Shown: one piece after another, positions 48,157-57,578 of the stretch
How positions within the stretch are numbered: the stretch's first letter is position 1
How the letters are laid out: each line of letters starts with the position of its first letter
Assembly (NCBI GenBank): GCA_949292105.1
Contig: CASEYK010000023.1
Coordinates: 1-63,790, forward strand
Reading direction: 5' to 3'
From: an uncultured bacterium
Lineage (GTDB): Bacteria; Bacillota_I; Bacilli_A; RFN20; CAG-826
Length of the DNA: 63,790 nt
Made by a program: the position numbers and the translations under genes
The notes under the pieces: model-generated
The model's database searches: none
Seen by the model: only the letters and a program-made list of their open reading frames with translations
Told to the model about the DNA's origin: nothing

Positions 48157-49708
48157 AATTGATATTAATTTTTATTCCGCTTTCGCTGAGTTCAGAAGTC
48201 AAGGTTTGTACTGTTCCACCAAGCTGACTATCTTCTAAAAATTTTTGAAAATCGATTGTCAATGTTCGGCTGCTTTGGTTACAAACAATATATTCGTTGT
48301 TATCTTTAAGATTGTTATTGAGCAGCTGAAAGAGCAAATCAATCATTCCATCTTCTAAAGAAACATTTCCAAGTGTTGCATCATCAAAAGTAAAAATTGT
48401 TTGGTTGTTCCTATTGGCGTGAATGAAATTTAGATTTGCGCTTATCTGGTAACCGTTAACTGAAAGTCCATAGTGAAGAGTTATCTCATTTTTATCTCCA
48501 TAATAAATCGAACAATCATTAATCGATAAGTGATTGATTGCGTTATTTTCGATAAGGAAGTACGCATTACCATATAAATCTGAGCTTCGCAAATAACTTG
48601 TTAAACTTTCGAAACTTAATACTCCATCCAATGTTGTTGATGAAGTAATTGAGTCATAAATTAAATCATACGAATTACTCAGAAATTCATTTTTTGTCCC
48701 CGAATAATTTAAAACATCGTTTATCCCAATTGTTGTAAGATTTTTTACACGCACCAACTCTTGAACCTGCTTAGAACATTTTTCATATCCGTTAAGAAGA
48801 AAATAATAGATGTCTTCAACTTCGCTTTCATTTATTAATTCATTCACGAGAAGCGTTTCTAATTTTGCTACATATGAAGGCACATCGCATACGCCGATTG
48901 AACTTGTATCAACATGATAAGGAGATAAATCGCTTGTCAGTCCCAAAAATACATTGTCTTTTTGAACAAACAAAGTCGTGCTTTGGATGAAAAAAGCGAA
49001 GAGAAAACTATTTACTAATTCATCATCGGATTGCGATAAAAGAAACGCTATATCATCCCTAAGATGATTGATTTTGTAGATAAAGCGATCATTTTCTTGC
49101 TGATAAGTTATGTTAAAACCTGCATTTTTAAATGATTCAGCAATGTCATTGAAGCTGATATATGGAGATAATTGTTTGACGAAGAAATTATAAAAATTGC
49201 CTAATTTTCCGATTTTAATTTCGCTAATTCCAAATTGTAGGTATGGTTCGCTATCTTCGATATACTCAATTTCAATAGTTGCGCTTAGCCGTGTTTTAAA
49301 CCATGAAAAATCTAGTTCAAAATATACTCGGCTTTTTCCGTTTTTAGTCTCGATATAATAATTGTTTAAATATGATAGGTCTATTTCACTTTCACTAGTG
49401 GTGCCACTGAAAGCCGTATGAAGATAGCTATTAATATCATCTTCTTCCAAATAAAAATCGACGCAGCCAGTATTTGCTGTTTTTTCTATACTATTGAATA
49501 GCGCTCGATTTACCATTTCGCTTATTGATGCATTATCGTCATATTTTTTATTCGATTGATATCCATCGTATACGAAGCCGTAAATTAAAATGATTGGTAA
49601 AGCGAGCAAAATCAATATCAAAACAATAGCGACGATGAGAATGATATGCTTTTTCTTTTTCTTCTTTGGTGTTTCTGTTAAATGCTCTTTGTTGATTGCT
49701 TGTTCCAT
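48155..49708 (-). CDS. Hypothetical membrane-anchored extracellular protein
   Basis: Poly-K followed by a single TM and a large acidic ectodomain. Confidence 0.75.
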   Translation of the reverse strand: MEQAINKEHLTETPKKKKKKHIILIVAIVLILILLALPIILIYGFVYDGYQSNKKYDDNASISEMVNRALFNSIEKTANTGCVDFYLEEDDINSYLHTAFSGTTSESEIDLSYLNNYYIETKNGKSRVYFELDFSWFKTRLSATIEIEYIEDSEPYLQFGISEIKIGKLGNFYNFFVKQLSPYISFNDIAESFKNAGFNITYQQENDRFIYKINHLRDDIAFLLSQSDDELVNSFLFAFFIQSTTLFVQKDNVFLGLTSDLSPYHVDTSSIGVCDVPSYVAKLETLLVNELINESEVEDIYYFLLNGYEKCSKQVQELVRVKNLTTIGINDVLNYSGTKNEFLSNSYDLIYDSITSSTTLDGVLSFESLTSYLRSSDLYGNAYFLIENNAINHLSINDCSIYYGDKNEITLHYGLSVNGYQISANLNFIHANRNNQTIFTFDDATLGNVSLEDGMIDLLFQLLNNNLKDNNEYIVCNQSSRTLTIDFQKFLEDSQLGGTVQTLTSELSESGIKININ

Positions 49709-49794
49709 TGATGGTCCGTGCTTATATTTATAATAACTTAATTATTTTTTTAAGTCGTGAAAAGTTGTATCTTTTTATTGTGAGGAATTTGTTT

Positions 49795-50334
49795 ATGAAA
49801 AAAATATTTAAAGAATTTAAAGAGTTTATTTCTCGTGGGAGTGTTGTTGATTTAGCTGTTGGCGTTATTATTGGTTCGGCGTTTACGGCTATTGTCAATG
49901 CTCTTGTCAACAGCATTTTTATGCCTCTTATCGGAGCTTTCACTGGTGGCAATTTGGATAATATTGTCACATTTTTATGGACGACAAAAGTAAGTCCTGA
50001 TCAAGCTAATCCAGGTGATAAAGCTGTTCTTTTTAACGGCGTTTATTACGATAAACTAGCCTATATTGATTGGGGAGCATTTATTGGTGCGGTCATTAAC
50101 TTTTTGTTAATCGCTGCTATCCTTTTTACAATTGTTAAAATTCTTAATTCAATACGAGCAAAAGCTAAAAATGTTGAAGAGCGTATCAAAGAAAAACGTG
50201 CTGGCTCTGAAGGCGGTGCGCCAGTTGATATTGAGCCTGAACCCGAACCCGAACCAGAAAAGAAAAATGAAACAGTGTTGTTATTAGAAGAGATAAGGGA
50301 TTTGCTTAAGCAAAAAGACAAAAATGAAAACTAA
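49795..50334 (+). CDS. mscL: Large-conductance mechanosensitive channel
   Basis: FKEFISRGSVVDLAVGVIIG, GAFIGAVINFLLIA and LLEEIRDLL motifs. Confidence 0.95.
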   Translation: MKKIFKEFKEFISRGSVVDLAVGVIIGSAFTAIVNALVNSIFMPLIGAFTGGNLDNIVTFLWTTKVSPDQANPGDKAVLFNGVYYDKLAYIDWGAFIGAVINFLLIAAILFTIVKILNSIRAKAKNVEERIKEKRAGSEGGAPVDIEPEPEPEPEKKNETVLLLEEIRDLLKQKDKNEN

Positions 50335-50944
50335 TTTAACTTATTTTGGACACTCGTGCTTTAAATTAGATGATGGTGAAATCTCTATTGTATTTGATCC
50401 ATATAAAGACGGTAGTGTCCCTAATTTATCTCTTCCGCAATTACAAGCCAATTTTGTTTTTATATCGCATGAACATTTCGACCATAACGCTCGTGAAAAA
50501 ATTGAAATTGTTCCATGCAATAAAAAAGTAACAGTCGAGACTATCTCCATTCCGCACGATAATGTTGGTGGGAAGAAACGCGGCGAAAATACAGCTCACA
50601 TTGTTTACTTGAATGAGTTAAAAATAATTCATCTCGGCGATATTGGTTGTATTCCAAATCAAGACATAATTGAAAAACTACGAGGCGCTGATGTTATGCT
50701 TGCCCCCATTAATGGTTTTTATACACTTGGTGCTAAAGAAATATATCGCCTAGCAAAAATGGTTAAACCAAAACTTCTTATTCCGATGCATTATTATCGC
50801 CAAGCTGAAAAAAGCGGATATCCTGACGACAATCAAATTGGCGTTTTCCTCAAACTTTTTCCAAGTACGCACATTATCCCAACTAATTCCATCGGTATTG
50901 AAGATTATCTCAGTAGCAGCGAGCAAATTATTGCTTTTCAATAA
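50324..50944 (+). CDS. MBL-fold metallo-hydrolase
   Basis: GHSCF, DP, SHEHFDH, HLGD and PMHY motifs. Confidence 0.9.
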   Translation: MKTNLTYFGHSCFKLDDGEISIVFDPYKDGSVPNLSLPQLQANFVFISHEHFDHNAREKIEIVPCNKKVTVETISIPHDNVGGKKRGENTAHIVYLNELKIIHLGDIGCIPNQDIIEKLRGADVMLAPINGFYTLGAKEIYRLAKMVKPKLLIPMHYYRQAEKSGYPDDNQIGVFLKLFPSTHIIPTNSIGIEDYLSSSEQIIAFQ

Positions 50945-51002
50945 TTAAGCGTCGGAATGCCGACAACAATCGAGAAGATGTATAATATTAACGGAGAAAT
51001 TT

Positions 51003-52001
51003 ATGATCGATTTACACTTACATTTAGATGGTTCGCTGGATAAAGAAGACTTTATTTATCTCGCAAATAGGCAAAATATCCAATTACCCATCGATTTAGA
51101 AAATAAAATACATGTTAGTCAAGACTGCCGAAGCCTTGAAGAATACTTAATGTGTTTTGATTTGCCCTTATCGCTTTTACAAGAAAAGTGGGCGATAGCT
51201 TATGCTGTTGAAGCACTTATTAACCGACTGTACCAAAAAGGCTATATTTATGTTGAGATAAGATTTGCCCCTCTTTTACATACGCAGAAAGGGTTGAAAC
51301 AATCCGATGTTGTGGAGGCTGCGGTTGGTGGGTTAAAAAAAGCATTGAAAAACAAAGTTGACTTTGATGCTAATTTAATTCTTTGCGCAATGCGTGGCGA
51401 AGATGAAAAAAACAATATGGAAACAATGAGAGTGGCCTCTTTATTTAAAAATGAAAAAGTTGTGGCAGTCGATTTAGCTGGTGCCGAAGCTCTTCACCCC
51501 GCAACTTATTTTAACCGCGTATTTGAAATCGCAAGAGAAGACAAATTAAATATTACTATACACGCTGGTGAAGCAACGACAAGTGATGAGGTTGTTCGCG
51601 CAATTCAAATTGGCGCTCAAAGAATTGGCCACGGAGTCAAATATGATTTATCCGAAGAAAATGTTAAGCTCGTCAAAGAACATCATATTGGATTTGAGTT
51701 TTGCCCAACTTCAAATCTGCAAACGACTTCTTTGCCATCTTATGAATCTAATCCAGTTTTAAGGTTTCTTAAAAACGATATTTTGGTGAGTATCAATTCT
51801 GATAATATGACAGTTTCAAATACTGATGTCTTTGAAGAATTTTCGCATCTTTATCGCCATTTAAATTTATCAAGGGATGATATTCATCGTTTGCTAAATA
51901 ATGCTGCTGAAATGGCGTTTGTATCCGATGATGAAAAAAGGAGAATTATTTCTCAAATCAACGCAAAATTCGATGATTTTATTGAAAATATAACAAAATA
52001 G
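51003..52001 (+). CDS. add: Adenosine deaminase
   Basis: DLHLHLDGS, EIRFAP, HAGE, RIGHG, CPTSN and NSDN motifs. Confidence 0.93.
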   Translation: MIDLHLHLDGSLDKEDFIYLANRQNIQLPIDLENKIHVSQDCRSLEEYLMCFDLPLSLLQEKWAIAYAVEALINRLYQKGYIYVEIRFAPLLHTQKGLKQSDVVEAAVGGLKKALKNKVDFDANLILCAMRGEDEKNNMETMRVASLFKNEKVVAVDLAGAEALHPATYFNRVFEIAREDKLNITIHAGEATTSDEVVRAIQIGAQRIGHGVKYDLSEENVKLVKEHHIGFEFCPTSNLQTTSLPSYESNPVLRFLKNDILVSINSDNMTVSNTDVFEEFSHLYRHLNLSRDDIHRLLNNAAEMAFVSDDEKRRIISQINAKFDDFIENITK

Positions 52002-52011
52002 GAGGTATTTT

Positions 52012-52968
52012 ATGAAATCGAGAAATGTTGTAATAATTGGTGATGGAATGGTTGGTTCTACACTCGCTTATACATTGATGACGGATAATTATGCACAAGG
52101 TATTTCTATTGTCGATGTTAATAAGTCAAAAGCAGAAGGCGATGCTTTGGATTTAATTCATGGCATGCCATTTGTATCGCCAAAAAATATTAAGGCTGGA
52201 TCTTATGCCGATATTAAGCATGCGCGCGTCGTTGTTATCACGGCTGGAGTTGCCCAAAGGGATGGCGAAACGCGAATTGACTTATTGAAACGAAATTTGA
52301 AAGTATTTGATTCCATTATCGATAGCATGAAGCCGTATGTGCACGATGATTTGATTGTATTAGTAGTCACTAATCCCGTGGATATTTTGACCTACTATAC
52401 ATACAAGAAACTAGGGATTCCTGCTCATCGCGTCATTGGGAGTGGAACTGTGCTCGACACGGCGCGCCTCAAATCTATTATTTCTGAAGAGACACATGTC
52501 GATCCGCGCAATATCCATACTTATATCTTGGGCGAGCACGGTGATAGCGAAGTCGCAGCGTGGAGCGTTACCAATATTGGTGGATTGACACTAGAACAAT
52601 TTTGCAGTGATACTAACTGGTGTAAATGTCAAGATGCATTCCATCTAGAAGAATTGCACGAGAAGGTTAAGAATGCGGCGTACGAAATTATTAATAAAAA
52701 AGGTGCAACATATTATGCTGTTGGCCTTGCAGTCAATAAAATTATTAAGACTATTTTAAATGACACGAGTTCAGTTTTAACCATTTCAACATATATTAGT
52801 GACGAACTCGATGGTGAAGTGACTGATTTCTATTTTTCTCTTCCGGTCGTTGTCGGCGCTAAAGGTGTAGAAAAAGTACTTCATCTTAAATATTCAATTG
52901 ATGAATATAAAGGACTAATTAAATCCGCTCGTATTCTGAAAGAATTAATTAACGAGATTGAAATATAG
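52012..52968 (+). CDS. ldh: L-lactate dehydrogenase
   Basis: GDGMVG, AGVAQRDGETR (Gln specificity residue), NPVD, LDTAR, GEHGDS and KGATYY. Confidence 0.93.
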   Translation: MKSRNVVIIGDGMVGSTLAYTLMTDNYAQGISIVDVNKSKAEGDALDLIHGMPFVSPKNIKAGSYADIKHARVVVITAGVAQRDGETRIDLLKRNLKVFDSIIDSMKPYVHDDLIVLVVTNPVDILTYYTYKKLGIPAHRVIGSGTVLDTARLKSIISEETHVDPRNIHTYILGEHGDSEVAAWSVTNIGGLTLEQFCSDTNWCKCQDAFHLEELHEKVKNAAYEIINKKGATYYAVGLAVNKIIKTILNDTSSVLTISTYISDELDGEVTDFYFSLPVVVGAKGVEKVLHLKYSIDEYKGLIKSARILKELINEIEI

Positions 52969-52973
52969 ATTAA

Positions 52974-54050
52974 CTAGCCTAATAAATAAGTACTCAAAAA
53001 TGCTTCTAAAAGAGGATTGTGGTATTGCGCCGCAGCCTCTTTTTTCCAACTTACGCTATTCGAAGTAATGTTCAAATCGGATTCTTCAATTTCTAGACCT
53101 TCTAAAACTTTTGTGCCGGTGAAATTGTTTAAGTAGTTGAGATTATTTATTCTCTCTTCTGTGAAAAAAGTTCTTGTCACGATATATTTTTCGCCAACAA
53201 GCGAGATAGCATCATTAAAATATGTATCAGCATCTTTTAAGACGCCTTTTTCATAATGTTGAAAAGTTGGAACAAAACCGCGATCATAACCAAATGTTTG
53301 ATTGCCGGTCGCTGTTAAGCCATATTCATTTAAAAAATTAAGATAGTTTTCGTTTTCACGATTTTTTACTCCATCTTCTAATAGTAGACCTTCAACCTCT
53401 AAATCGATGACATAGAGTTTTTTAAAAGAATTGTGTGTTTCGATAAAAGGAAAAACAGCATTTGGTAAACAATAAGTACAATCAGAACAGCTTTTCCAAG
53501 TATATAAAACATTGAAATCATCCATCGGCGAGACATTAACATATTCATTTAGTAATTCTTCGTCGATATAAATAAGTTTGGGCGAAATGGTATATTCATT
53601 GAGATGCTCTTCTAGGTATGTTGATGAAGTGAAAAATTTTTGAGTATCGCGCGCATTGTAGACCCATTCTTGCTTCAATGACCCATTTTCCATGACGGCA
53701 AGGCTTGGACGATCAGTTGGGAGTGTTAGTCCATAACTATCATCGCTGTTACCCATTAATAAAAATGAATTAATAGCGTAGATGATTCGCTCGTTGTCTT
53801 TGGCGTACTGGTTAAGGTTGTCACGAAAGACAGTCCAACATCCACAAGTTGAATCTTCACCAGGATACAAAACTAAAATAAAGTTTTCTTCATCGAGCAT
53901 CATAATGTTTAATTCGCTCTTATTTATATAGGTTATTCCATCGTCGATTAAACTTCCGTAAGTTAGCAAAGTCCGCTCGCTATTTTGATTATTTTGACAA
54001 GATAACAAACAAAGAATAAGCGGCAAAGTGCATAAAATTTTTTTCTTCAT
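52974..54050 (-). CDS. Putative lipoprotein with two thioredoxin-like domains
   Basis: MKKK signal peptide with lipobox LLSC; CGCW...RPSL and CSDC...VPTF motifs; RBS AAAGGA. Confidence 0.65.
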   Translation of the reverse strand: MKKKILCTLPLILCLLSCQNNQNSERTLLTYGSLIDDGITYINKSELNIMMLDEENFILVLYPGEDSTCGCWTVFRDNLNQYAKDNERIIYAINSFLLMGNSDDSYGLTLPTDRPSLAVMENGSLKQEWVYNARDTQKFFTSSTYLEEHLNEYTISPKLIYIDEELLNEYVNVSPMDDFNVLYTWKSCSDCTYCLPNAVFPFIETHNSFKKLYVIDLEVEGLLLEDGVKNRENENYLNFLNEYGLTATGNQTFGYDRGFVPTFQHYEKGVLKDADTYFNDAISLVGEKYIVTRTFFTEERINNLNYLNNFTGTKVLEGLEIEESDLNITSNSVSWKKEAAAQYHNPLLEAFLSTYLLG

Positions 54051-54383
54051 AAAAACATTCCTTTTCAATATTATATAATTAGTTATTTTTATATTAAAAG
54101 TTTTAATCAAAAAAACAGGTTTATTTTTTCGATAAAATTTCAATCAAAAAATTCTAAAAAAAATGAGCGAGATTTCGAAAGAAGAAAATTAAAAACTTTT
54201 AGATAAATCTAAAAACATTAGAAAAATGATTTAAAAAACGCTCAAAAAAAACGAGTGAAAAAATAAACCGAAAAAAAATCAAAAAAAATTGTTTGAATTT
54301 CTCATTAATTTTATTTATATTTTTTCTCGTGATTTTCAATACACAAAACACGCTAAATTTTTTACGAAAAAAGGGGTAACGAT

Positions 54384-55916
54384 ATGGAAAAAGAAAATTG
54401 CATTATTTCTTTACAAAATGTTAGCAAAGTTTTTGATGGTGTGACAGTCGTCGATAATGTTAATCTCGACATCACTAAAGGTGAATTTGTCACATTGCTT
54501 GGTCCTTCAGGATGTGGAAAAACAACGACTCTCCGCATGATTGCTGGTTTTGAGATGCCAACCGAAGGAAAAATTCTTCTCAATGGGAAAGACATTACAA
54601 AAGTCCCTCCTTACAAAAGACCTGTTAATACAGTGTTTCAACGCTACGCGTTATTCCCGCACCTCGATGTTTATGACAATGTCGCTTTTGGATTGAAATT
54701 GAAAAAAGTTCCAGTCAAAGTCGTCAACAAAAAAGGTGTCGAAAAAATCAAATTCAAACATTTAAGTGCCAAGGAGATTGACGCAAAAGTGGCGCGCGCC
54801 CTCAAAATTGTCGATTTGGAAGAATTAGAAAATCGCGACATCTCGACTCTTTCTGGCGGTCAGCAACAAAGGGTTGCTATCGCGCGAGCTATTGTCAACG
54901 AACCTGAGATTCTTCTCTTAGATGAACCTCTTGGAGCCCTCGACCTTAAAATGCGAAAAGAAATGCAGCTCGAGTTAAAAGAAATGCACAAAAAACTAGG
55001 TATTACATTTATATATGTCACGCACGATCAAGAAGAAGCGCTTACTATGTCTGACACGATTGTCGTTATGAAAACTGGTGAAATTCAACAAGTTGGTACC
55101 CCAATCGACATTTATAATGAGCCAATCAATGCTTATGTTGCCAACTTCATCGGTGAAAGTAATATTTATAACGCTACGATGGTTGGAAAACTCAAGGTTA
55201 AATTTCTCGGTCATACTTTTAAGTGTGTCGATGATTTTAAAACTAATGAAAAAGTTGATGTCGTCATTCGTCCTGAAGACGTCGAAATGAAAAAAGTTTC
55301 CAAAGACTACGATGGCGATAAAATGACTGCTCAAATTGTTAACAAGATTTTCAAAGGTATTCACTACGAATATGTTCTTATGATTGGCAAAAATGAAATT
55401 GTTGCCCAAAGTACAAAAGAATTTGCAGTTGGCGATACAGTTTCTATCGATATTGAACCATCCAATATTCAAATCATGAAGAAAGAGATTACGAAAAATG
55501 TTTATCCTGAAGCATGGATTAACAAAAATAATCAAGTTGTCATTTCTAATGAGCCATTTGATTGCGATATTACGCAACTATTACCAAATTCACATATTGA
55601 TGATGATGGATATTTAGTCGATAAAGATGGGCGTCGATATGATTTAAACGATGCAGATGTTATCGCTGAAATTTCTTTAGATGCTATCGAGTTAAGCGAT
55701 GATCACGATGTCGGTCAAATTGAAGGCACCATTGTGAGCATTGTCTACAAAGGCGACCATTATCAAGTTATGATTCGAACAGAAGAAGAGGAAGACTTTA
55801 TTGTTGATACTTTATATTCATGGAATGAGAACGATATTGTTTCAATGTTGATTAAAAAAGAGGATATTAAGTTGACTTTGAAGGGAGATATTAAAAAATA
55901 TGAAGTCCAACAATAG
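54384..55916 (+). CDS. potA: Spermidine/putrescine ABC ATPase, extended C-terminus
   Basis: GPSGCGKTT, VNTVFQRYALFPHL, LSGGQQQRVA and TOBE-like domains; first gene of the potABCD order. Confidence 0.93.
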   Translation: MEKENCIISLQNVSKVFDGVTVVDNVNLDITKGEFVTLLGPSGCGKTTTLRMIAGFEMPTEGKILLNGKDITKVPPYKRPVNTVFQRYALFPHLDVYDNVAFGLKLKKVPVKVVNKKGVEKIKFKHLSAKEIDAKVARALKIVDLEELENRDISTLSGGQQQRVAIARAIVNEPEILLLDEPLGALDLKMRKEMQLELKEMHKKLGITFIYVTHDQEEALTMSDTIVVMKTGEIQQVGTPIDIYNEPINAYVANFIGESNIYNATMVGKLKVKFLGHTFKCVDDFKTNEKVDVVIRPEDVEMKKVSKDYDGDKMTAQIVNKIFKGIHYEYVLMIGKNEIVAQSTKEFAVGDTVSIDIEPSNIQIMKKEITKNVYPEAWINKNNQVVISNEPFDCDITQLLPNSHIDDDGYLVDKDGRRYDLNDADVIAEISLDAIELSDDHDVGQIEGTIVSIVYKGDHYQVMIRTEEEEDFIVDTLYSWNENDIVSMLIKKEDIKLTLKGDIKKYEVQQ

Positions 55917-56727
55917 CGAAAGCGCAAAAAAGTTTCGCTTTCCAATGTTTCAACGAAAATATCTTTGCATCCCATATGGTTTATTTCTCGTCCTGTTCAT
56001 AATCATTCCAATTTTAATTATTGTTTACTACGCGTTTACCGATAGCAACGGATACCCATCCATTGATGCGCTTGTTGATTTTTTTACAACATGGTCAAAA
56101 ATTAATGTCTTGATTGTTTCAGTTTTCATCGCTTTACAAACAACATTAATTTGCCTCATCATTGGTTATCCACTTGCTTATTTTCTCGCGAATAAACAAT
56201 TCAATAAAAATGTTGTTTTGTTCGCTTTGTTTATCGCTCCAATGTGGATTAACTTTGTCCTAAGAACAGGTGCGACACGAGATTTGCTTACTTGGATGAA
56301 TATCAATGGTGGTAATCACCCTTATTTAGCAACATTAATTGGTATGGTTTACAACTACTTGCCATTTGTCATTTTGCCTCTTTATACAACAATGCTTAAA
56401 CTTGACAAATCTCAAATTGAAGCGGCATCTGATTTAGGTGCTAATCCATTTCAAACATTTTATAAAGCTATTCTTCCTCAAACAGTACCTGGTATCACAT
56501 CAGCCTGCTTGATGACATTTATGCCAACGATGTCTTCTTATGTTATTTCTGATACATTGAGTGAAGGCAAAATCACATTGTTTGGCAATTACATCTATCT
56601 AAACTTCACAAATAATGAGTGGAATGTAGGAAGTTTCATGGCTCTTGTTATGCTGGTGCTCATCGGTATTTCCATGCTTTTCACACGCGGAAGCAAGCAA
56701 GAAGAAAGAGGTGGCGGACTATGGTAA
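55900..56727 (+). CDS. potB: Polyamine ABC permease
   Basis: PMWINFVLR, YNYLPF and EAA motif EAASDLGA. Confidence 0.92.
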   Translation: MKSNNSESAKKFRFPMFQRKYLCIPYGLFLVLFIIIPILIIVYYAFTDSNGYPSIDALVDFFTTWSKINVLIVSVFIALQTTLICLIIGYPLAYFLANKQFNKNVVLFALFIAPMWINFVLRTGATRDLLTWMNINGGNHPYLATLIGMVYNYLPFVILPLYTTMLKLDKSQIEAASDLGANPFQTFYKAILPQTVPGITSACLMTFMPTMSSYVISDTLSEGKITLFGNYIYLNFTNNEWNVGSFMALVMLVLIGISMLFTRGSKQEERGGGLW

Positions 56728-57578
56728 AAAAGATTTTTGCTCAAGCATATATCTGGCTCATTCTCTTTTTGATGTATCTCCCAATTTTAGTGCTTGTCGC
56801 CTTTTCATTTACAACAGCGACAAATGTTGGGGAGTGGACAGGATTCACATTTGATTTATTTCCAAGGCTTTTCCAAAGCAGTGAAATCATGATTGCTTTA
56901 GGAAATACTCTTATCATTGCGTTCACATCCGCTGCCGTTTCAGTTTTACTCGGTGCTAGTGGTGCTGTCGGCGCATTTTATAGCTCCAAAAAATGGAGAA
57001 AAGCATATGATTCAGTTACACAAATACCAATTGTGAACGCTGAAATTGTTATGGCCCTTTCATTGACAGTCATGTTTGTCTTTTTAGGAAGCGTGATCTT
57101 TAAAACTAATTTGTTCAGTTTCTGGACTCTTCTAATTGGTCATGTTGTCTTATCTGTTCCATTTGTCTATGTTTCAGTCAAACCAAAATTGCAACAAATG
57201 GATCCGAGTTTATATGAAGCTGCAATCGATTTAGGTGCCACGCCACGCCAAGCGCTAAATAAGGTTATTATTCCTGAAATTATTCCTGGCGTTATCAGCG
57301 GTTTCTTGCTCGCACTTACTTTATCTTTAGATGATTTCATCATTACTGCCTTTACTCGTGGCAGTGGCTTATTGAATGGCGAAGGAACGATTGAAACTCT
57401 TTCCACACTCGTCCAAGCCAAAATCAAAAAAGGACCTATTCCTCCTGAAATGCGTGCTTTGACAACAATTATATTTGCTGTTGTTGTAATCGGTGCTATT
57501 TCTATCAGCCTTTATCGCGCTTATCGCGCCAAAAATGCATCGAAATTGAAAGCGAGGAAAAAATTGTATGAAAGATAA
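56721..57578 (+). CDS. potC: Polyamine ABC permease
   Basis: YLPILVL, EAAIDLGA and LSLDDF motifs; start moved to MVKK (RBS GAGGTGG). Confidence 0.92.
   Translation: MVKKIFAQAYIWLILFLMYLPILVLVAFSFTTATNVGEWTGFTFDLFPRLFQSSEIMIALGNTLIIAFTSAAVSVLLGASGAVGAFYSSKKWRKAYDSVTQIPIVNAEIVMALSLTVMFVFLGSVIFKTNLFSFWTLLIGHVVLSVPFVYVSVKPKLQQMDPSLYEAAIDLGATPRQALNKVIIPEIIPGVISGFLLALTLSLDDFIITAFTRGSGLLNGEGTIETLSTLVQAKIKKGPIPPEMRALTTIIFAVVVIGAISISLYRAYRAKNASKLKARKKLYER

Noticed and set aside
33154-50963. Shared 9-mer GAATGCCGA upstream of hydA (33154-62) and add (50955-63)
   Set aside because: Tempting as a nucleobase-catabolism operator, but it is short, sits at different positions relative to the promoters, is absent before the guanine deaminase, and is expected by chance.
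54996-55577. 193-aa minus-strand ORF and the many other short ORFs nested in or antisense to genes
   Set aside because: They lie within well-supported genes and have no RBS or motifs; typical shadow ORFs.
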